A program made the translations under genes and the position numbers. The notes under the pieces were generated by a model, which made no database searches, was not told where the DNA came from, and saw only the letters and a program-made list of their open reading frames with translations. Below are positions 24,701-33,700 of a stretch of DNA of 64,000 nt, piece after piece. How positions within the stretch are numbered: position 1 is the first letter of the stretch; every line of letters begins with the position of its first letter. The DNA comes from Lama guanicoe. Taxonomy: Eukaryota. The stretch spans positions 5,288,399-5,352,398 of the forward strand of contig MU053934.1 of NCBI GenBank assembly GCA_013239625.1, in the 5' to 3' direction.

Positions 24701-27700
24701 AATCAAAATATCTGTTTCTGAGTGAAGAAACTTCATGTGAATTAGCCTTTAAGTGACAAATGAAGCTATTCATGGGTTCTGCCTCAGAACTCTTGGTTTC
24801 TGATACTAGAAACTTATAAAAAGACATAAAACATGTTCTCCATTTTAGGCTTCAGCTCTGGCGGCATGGACTATGGCATGGTTGGTGGGAAGGAGGCTGG
24901 AACAGAGTCTCGCTTTAAACAGTGGACCTCCATGATGGAGGGACTGCCCTCTGTAGCCACACAGGAAGCCAGTCTGCACAAAAATGGTAAGAGCAAACAG
25001 AGCGTTATGAGTTCCCGCTCCCAGCAGGCCTTGATGGAGGGTCCCACGAACTTAATTTTGAAGCACAGATCTTTATCTTTTTCTTAATGAGTCTCTTGAT
25101 TCCCCCCACCCCTCAAATCCCCTGATCACCTATGAGAGGAAGATTTGGCTTGCATGTATTTCAAATTATAAGAAACTTAAAGCCCTAGTTCTGATTAAGG
25201 GGAGCAGAATTTCCCACCTGCAGGGGGATAGAGGGCATTAGCAGTGAGCTTGAGCCACCCCTTAGGGTAAAACCCTAGTAAATTGGCTGAGAGAACAAAA
25301 TCAGTTTTTTGGAGGTACAAGAGAGATCACAGCAAATATATATATCATGTTGATTGTCTAAGCTCTAATCTGCAGAAGATGACTAATAGATCAATACATA
25401 AGAGCTGAACTTTCCACAAAGCTTTCTTGTCCTTTATGAATCACAGTGTCTGCAAGACAGCAAATTGAGGTCATTGCAGGCATTGGTTATGGATTTGGGT
25501 CAGCCCTTCATCTCTATAATTCTCTGCAAGAGCATCTCCATTTCCCTGTAAAACGGATGAAAGGGCTCGGAATCTTCCTTCGGCCTTTGTTTCAATGTTT
25601 GTTTCGTTTGACAGTAATGTACTTGGACTCAGCTGTATCCATGAGAACCAAGTATAAATAGGTCTCGGCCTGCTCCTGCGGCGGCTTCCTGGCACTCTCA
25701 GCCCCATCAGTCTGGAGCCTTTCAGGTTCCTTTATAAACCACTCTTTAATGTGCCCATCCGGGAGGCTGGTGAAGTGGCCACGTGGAGCGCTCTGCTGTC
25801 CCTAAGCACTGTCATGTGATTTCGTGCTACAGAATCAAGAATGATTTATTGAAACTATAAAATTGTTTCTGGACTGAATAATCCAAGCCCAGCAGCATCT
25901 ATGGCTTGGACACATTTATGCTGCTTCTTTTGGCTGGTAATTCATCAGACCCCCTTGTCCACAAAGACATGAGAGAGTTAAGATTATAAATGCACAGTGG
26001 CCTGTGCAGAGCTGACCTGAAGATTACCTTTTACCAACTTGCCTTTTTGGAGCTTCTAGGCAGTGTTTTCTCTATTTCCTTAGCAGTCCCCAAGGTCACT
26101 GAGCTTTTCATCTTCTATTTCCCTGTAATGTGCCCTTAAGTCAGATTTCTCCCAGTGGCTCCAGAGAAGCACATGACTTCTTAGCTGAACATGGAGATAA
26201 TTTTGATACTACTTATGCTAGGCCAAACCAGAGTGTTTTAATCACAAATATTTTACACAAACATTTTAATACATTACCCTGGAAGTAATTTTATATCTGT
26301 TCATACACAGCATCCTAAGAGTAGTTTGAGGAACACAATACAGCATGTAAAATTCGTTTGAGAAGTAAGTAGAATGGTATCTTCACAGAGGCCGAAAAGT
26401 TTATTTAAAGTAAAACTCATTTTTTGTTAGTTTATGGGAATTACTAAGCTTTCATTTTCCCCTCTGCCTCCCAGCGTATAAAATGCATGAAGAGGGCACC
26501 AACAAAACTGCTGGAATGCTCTCAGGGCAGCAGTTACAGAGGGTTTGCTGTTCTTCACGTGTGGGGCCCGGTCTCAGAGCCGTGGAGTCCGCCGCCACTC
26601 TCGGGCTGGCAGAGACCCTCGGCGGGGATGCCGCCTCACTGCTCTGGAATGTAAAGCAATCGCAGATGCTTTTCCCTCCAGTGAACTCCGTCTGTTTACT
26701 CTGCTTCTTCCAGAGAAGCTGGGCTTGATCAGCACTTAAGAACTTGGGTGGGTAGTGTCAGTAGAAATGTAGTTCAAAACCCTTTTAAGTGCCGCAGATT
26801 GTTTAGTATTTTTCCTGTTTCTCATCCTTGAGTCATTAGTGTAAAAACTGTGGGGATGATGGTATGATTCGTAGTTTATGAAAGTTTGGTTAATTTTGTA
26901 AGGCCATGGACTTTTAAAACTGAAAGGAACATTCAAGAATGAGAACAGTGCTGTGTGCCTAAGTGAGAAACTGAGAGGCTCAGAAAGGTGCCATGAATTG
27001 TTCATGGTTGTCCTGCTTATTAATTATGTACTGGCTCTCGAGTGTGACCTCTTAATGCCAAGACTCTTTTACTTTATACACTTCAGGTTCTGTGTTTGAG
27101 TTCCTAACAAGTTCTGTTTGTAGGAGTCCTTTCTGGTTACCTTTCTCTTTTCGCAGGCACTATAGTGGCCCCTGGTAAGACCCGAGGAGGGTCACCGTAC
27201 AACCAGTTTGATATCATCCCGGGTGACACACTGGGTGGCCATACGGGTCCTGCTGGCGATAGCTGGTTACCTGCCAAATCTCCACCAACAAATAAAATCG
27301 GAAGTAAATCCAGCAATGCCAGTTGGCCTCCAGGTATCGTCCAGGAAATATTTTCTCTGGGATAGCATTTGTTTTATAATTGTTCACTTCAGGTTCTATT
27401 TGCCATGACTTTACTAAGGCACTCACTTTGATTATTTCCATTCAGTAATTGTCTGATAACAGCAGGGCATGGGCTGTGCTGTAGGAAGATAGAAAATTTT
27501 CGTTAGAGGAGATGTCTACTCTGTACTGTTCAGTCAGGAAGATAGGTGTGGACACCGATCACCTACAGGGCAAGTCACTGTGTGGTGAATACTGCACAGA
27601 CACAGCTGAGCCAACGGAGGTCAGTGGAGTGGAGTCTGGGGGTAAAACAAGGTGACTTTGGAGCTGGGACTTGGCCTTCACCTGTGTGAAGGATGTCTTG

Positions 27701-30700
27701 TAGTGTGTGATCTTCTGAAACGTCCATTGAATTGATCAGTTTATTCATTAAGTGAGCATTTATTACCAAGTCCTAGGTATGCAGTTGTGAATGCAGTGAG
27801 AGAATTTGCTATTTTTTCCTCCCTTTTTATTCTGATACAAGTAGTCTATTTTCATTGTAGAAAAAAATTTTTAATTTAGTTAAGCAAAAATAAAAATAAG
27901 ACGTTTGGTATATGTCCTTCTAAACCTCTTTCTATATAGGTATATTTGTGATACAAATACAGTATCTGTGAAAGTCGGCTCATATAATGCATATTGTTCA
28001 TAAATGCTCCATACTGTTCTTCCTCATCATCATTAGGAAAATAAGAGTTTATTAATTCTAGCACGTAGCCTTAAATATGATTTAAATTAACCACTAAAAA
28101 TTGGAAATGCTTATACATACATATTCTAGGCTTTCTCATGATGAGACACATTATTCCCGCTGGTTGTCCCTGACAGTCCATGTAGTAGTTAGCGGTCATT
28201 TGTATTCCATCCGAGCCAGTTTCCAGTGAGATAAGTGGGAGAAGTATGTCATCTCCAATTCAGATTTTCTCCCAGTGCTTGTCCTAGATGCCTGGACAGT
28301 TCTCCTGAGCACCACACTACTTAATCCTGCCTCCCTGCCCCCAGGCCTGAGTTCCCCTGGGAGCAGGAAGAGCAAGCACTGGGGCCAGACCCCAGTCATC
28401 TCTGGAATCAAGTTCACAACCACTGAGACAGACACAGAGAGGGAAGCGCTGTTGGCAAAGTGTATGTCAGGCCAGCTTCTTGTTGTTGTTAAATGATGAA
28501 AATCCAAGCTAAAATAGATTCAGAATTCAAGACACTACACAGATCTGTTTCTTGTATCAGAAAATTACCATGTTTTGAACAACTTCTACCTGTAATATTT
28601 GTTCTCCTTGTCTCAGAATTCCAACCAGGAGTGCCATGGAAAGGTATCCAAAACATTGACCCTGAATCTGACCCCTATGTCACCCCAGGAAGTGTGCTGG
28701 GGGGTACAGCCACATCTCCCATTGTAGATACTGACCACCAACTTCTGCGGGATAACACCACAGGTAAACAAGTGAGGTACCCCTGTGCTCATTCAGCACC
28801 CAGCATTTTCACATTTGTCTGTCTGCAGCTTCTTTTCTACTTGCTAGTATCTAATAGTTTAACCAGAAAACAAAAGAATTTGTAGCTTTTCATATTTATT
28901 TTTTAGATACAGTTCTTCCTTCTATTGAAGGTTAAATAAAGTATTTCAAGATTTCACTAGTTACACTGACATTTACCTGCAATATTTCTGTCTCATTCTT
29001 CATTTGTCATCCAAAGGGTCTAATTCTTCCCTCAACACCTCGCTGCCTTCACCTGGTGCCTGGCCCTACAGTGCCTCTGACAACTCCTTTACCAACGTTC
29101 ATAGCACTTCAGGTATGAGTGTGACCTATTTGTTTCCCTTTGGCTAGTGTTTTCCCATCAGGTTGCCTTTTACTAAGGAAATCAGCATTTATTTCTTACA
29201 GAATACCTTTATAGCGGTTGAACAGCATAGGTCAGCATAGGTGGAGGCGCACCTCTTGTATTGGCCATGTCCTTGGGGGAGCTTCCAGTCTCACGGAGGC
29301 AGGATGAGACGAGTGCAGCTTTAGGACCAAAGCAGATGGTGACATAATTGCATGGAGCTATGGGTGTTGAAAGGGCAGAGGTTGTATCCTGATGACACAA
29401 GTGCTTTCCTTTTAACCAGTCTGCCAACAAAACCGAGGGCCATGGGAGGAACCAGTTAAGTCCAGGTTGTTATTCCTAAGGTAGCCAGTTACAGCTTGCT
29501 TTTCTCTAAAACTCCTTCCACTTATGGACAAAGGCTAAGGGCAGTTGGCCAAGGGAGAGAGAGAGAGGGAGAAGAAAAGAGGACCTAGATTAATTAATTC
29601 TACCAGCAACATTTGCTGAGTTCCTTATGTTTCTTTTTTTTTTTTAAGACAATAGGAAATGGAAAACTTAGTGGATATAATAAAACCTTTAAAGTCATTT
29701 AATGAACACAGTACAGTGCCTTATAGATTGGTAGACCAGTCATCGGTAGTTAGCACCTTGGTCTTGCAAAAGTTAGACCTTAAGACATTGAAGTCATTAA
29801 GGCTTCTTCCCTCTGTCCAGGCAAATGCTAATAAAACCAGTTCTTACCTACCTACTGAGAAACTGCAGGTTAATGTCCTCACAAATGATCTTTCTTGTCC
29901 AGCTCTGTGTCATATTAACAGTATAACAGTAGCCTCAATTATTTATTGAATCCTCTTGCAGACCAGGCAGCATGCTAAGCCTTCAGCATGACATCTACCT
30001 TCCCTTCACTTAAGTGTAGGGGGAGGTCCTGCTGCTGTTACCCCATTTTGTAGGTGAAAAACTGAGATTGAAAGAGCTGATATGATTTGCCTCAGGTCTG
30101 AGTGCGTGTGTAAAGGAGCCAACTCCATATTCCATGTTTCTAACCACCACCCACATTATCTTATAGGACTTCTTCCTTCACATGTAAAAACTCATTTTCA
30201 CCTTAATTTCCTCTAACTGCCCACGCCTCTATCTTACCTGTTTTATCTTTCGTTTACAATTGGACAGTCATCTGAGACACATGACCCAAGAATCACCCCA
30301 GACTTGTCTAAAACTGAAAACATACCTTCCCACCCCCAAAATTGTCTTTTTTCCTTAATTAAACTCTTTTTCTTAATGATACTCCCAAACGTCACTTAGT
30401 CACAGCATGTGCCTCCCCTCTCTCCCCTTCCCTCGCTCTTCTCTCTCGCCCTCGCTCACCAGGTCTGGGCAAGGACAACATCTTCCACACGGTTTCCTCT
30501 GCAGTCTTCTCTGTCATATCCCTTTCTTCTCCTCCATTCTCTTTGCTGTCACCTAAGTTTTGGCCCTAATTTAAACACTGCCAGTCGAATCTACTACATA
30601 ATCTCCTGGTAGTCTTAAATAGCCCCCAGCTGACCTTTATGACCTTTCTGCCCCTGTGAAATATCGTTTAGCCAAAATTGGGGAAAAAACATACTTGGTA

Positions 30701-33700
30701 CAGAGAGAGTTTAGGATGAATCTTGGTTTATATTTTTCTGTCTCTCTGAGTCCATCCATTTACATAAATTCTACAAGACTTGTTTTGGCAGAGTCATTGC
30801 TGAAGGCCCAGCATTGTCTTTCTCCTCTGGGTGTTGAACATATATGATGTTGCCTGGGGTTACCAATTCTGTTGTTCATCTGTTCTCTTTTCCCATCTGA
30901 ACTCGAAGTTCTTGAGAATAAATGTTTATATTACCCACAGCACTGATTCAGTGCCTTAAAACACAGTAAGCCCTTAGTGAATACTTGTTGATTGTATTTT
31001 AAATATCTGTTTGAATGCTGGTATCTAATTCTGGATCAAGAAAAGTATAACTTTTAATGTACTTTCCAGTTAATCAATAAGTATAGAATAAATACTTAAG
31101 TAGGGTTCACATTCTCCTGTATCTGTAAGACTTACGGCTTTAAGAATACTTCTGAATTTTTCTTCCCTTTCAGGTTGTGTTTAGCTAAGAAAGCAATAGA
31201 GAATTAGTTATCTTATTAACTCTTTAGCTCATGTGTTAATTTGTCAATTCAGACTAATAGTCATTGAAAATTTTATTATCTGATCAGCTCAAAGAACAGT
31301 AGTATTTGGTATTGCTACTTACTACTTTTCACTTACTATTTTTAGAATATAAATGTGGTTGTATTTATGTGTGGGTGTGAGTATGTACAAGATGTATGTG
31401 TATTTGTTGACAAAAGTAGCCTATCTAACCTTATTTCCTGCTTAATTTTCTCTTCTTACAGCAAAGTTCCCTGATTACAAATCAACATGGTCCCCAGATC
31501 CCATAGGACACAACCCCACTCATCTCTCCAACAAGATGTGGAAAAACCATATTTCCTCAAGGAACACTACACCGCTGCCCCGCCCACCTCCCGGTCTGAC
31601 CAACCCCAAACCGTCATCTCCCTGGAGCAGTACCGCACCCCGCTCCGTCAGGGGGTGGGGGACACAGGACTCACGGCTTGCCTCGGGTGAGAAGGATCTG
31701 CCTAAAGCAGCATCATTGTTCTGGCACAAGGGGCTTACGTTCACCCAAATGTTGGAGACATGATGAAGTCTTCACAAGAAAGGAATCGCGGCTGTCTGGC
31801 AGAGGGAAAAGTATCTCTTGAGTGGAAAATTGAAGTCAGTGTAAGGCAAGGGGACCCAAGACCTCCTGAGGTACCAACGGAGTAAAAATAATGCTCAGGA
31901 GAGTGAAAACCCTCGGAGGAAAAAGGTGGTCTTGCAAGTGAGGCAGGAGAGTGCTTGGGGTCAGGTCCAGGAGAAGGGAGCTGGCTGTTCAGTGACAAGA
32001 AAAGGAAGGTCAGTGAGGTGGAAGAGAAAGTGACGTGTAACAGGGGAGAAGAAACATGAGGGCTCCGTGACAGCATCTGTCTTGTGGCTTCCTTCAGTTT
32101 TTGATTGCACTTCCTTTTCTTTTTTTCTGGTCACTTATAGCCTCTACCTGGAGTGATGGTGGTTCGGTTCGTCCTAGTTACTGGCTGGTTCTTCACAATC
32201 TCACTCCGCAGGTAATCATGCTTTCTTGGGATTTTCAAGATGGGACCTGGCTGAATGAAGGGAGGGAAGCTTGGAGGTGCGGAAGGCCAGCTGATAGGAA
32301 AGCTCCTTATTTCCGGGTCACGGCAGAGAGATCCAGCCTGTGGGGCTGAGGCTCCCCAGCCAGGGCTTGCAGCCTGTTTTTGAGTGGAGAGGTGTTGGCC
32401 ACTCAGCCTCATGCCTGCCTTCATGGTGGTGTTAACACACGTAGTTTGTAAAATAGTGAAAAGTGGGGTGGTGTTACCTGATGTTACAGTAGCAGAGATA
32501 ATTTGTTGTGTGGATCTGCCTGTCGAGAGTCTGGAATCAAGTGGGAAAGGGATGTTTAAGTGTTTTAACCACGTACAAGAAAATTACCTGTTCTTGTGTC
32601 ATTCATTTAGCAGGAATTGAGGCACACTGTAAAAATAAATAAATAAAAATAGCCATTTTTATGCTTCATACATTCGTCATTTACCATCTATCTCTGCAGT
32701 AGAAGAAATGTGTCCGTTTCACAGCCTAATAAATGCCCCAGGTGTGCTGTGAATTTCCCAACTCTTATCCTCTTCTGTGCAGACGGCATCGCTGATTTGC
32801 TCTCATTAGAACGTGCACTCGGGTTATTTTTACAGCGGTGGAGCTTCATTTGCACCAAACCACCCTCCCTTTCACTCTATTTGCCTGATAACTGACATAT
32901 TTATTGGCGGCAGCAGCATTATTTTGAGCACTTTAGTGAACTCAAACCAACCCTTTGAAACTGAGCCCATGACCTTCTTGTGGGCCTGACAGCACGAACT
33001 TTACAACACCTTGTTAAAAGGAGTCAATTATGCCTCCCTCCCTTTGACACATAGAATGAATTGTCTAGCATTTAATTTGCAAATGGATTCATGCACACTT
33101 TTCTAAGCCAGCATTTTCCAGAGTGTTCGCTTGGGATATTAATAGGTCTCTGGCCTAATATGTTTAGAATATATACTTGATTAAGCAAAATTAGGCAGGT
33201 GTCTTCACTATGAGGCTTCTTAGACCCTTTAATATGCTGACACATATTATGATCCTCTGTGGGGAAATACAGATTCTCCTACATTTATTTGCGCTGTGAA
33301 CCTGTTTGTGGAGAGTAACTTGGGGGCTCGTATTTCAAGGTACATGTTAAGAAAGACAGTTTTCTAAATGCAGTTAACATGAGGAACAGTCTGGATCAGC
33401 TCTTAATCTCCATTATGTCATCGGCTGCGCTGAAAGCCCCAGGTTATTTATTTAGCTAATGGTTGACTGAAATATGAACATTTTATATTAACCATCCTCA
33501 AAACTATATATGCCTCGTTATTCTTAAGTTGTCACACAGCGTGGTGGGTACCGTATGGTTAGGATGAGAGAAACAGTGTTGAAAGGAGCCTGGTTAGGCT
33601 GGCCAGCTGTTCACCTCTGTCTTCTCATGAAAAATAGTAAGTGCGTTTGTATATGTGTATAAAGTGAATATAGGGCTTGGCTATGTTTGTATTAGAAAGA

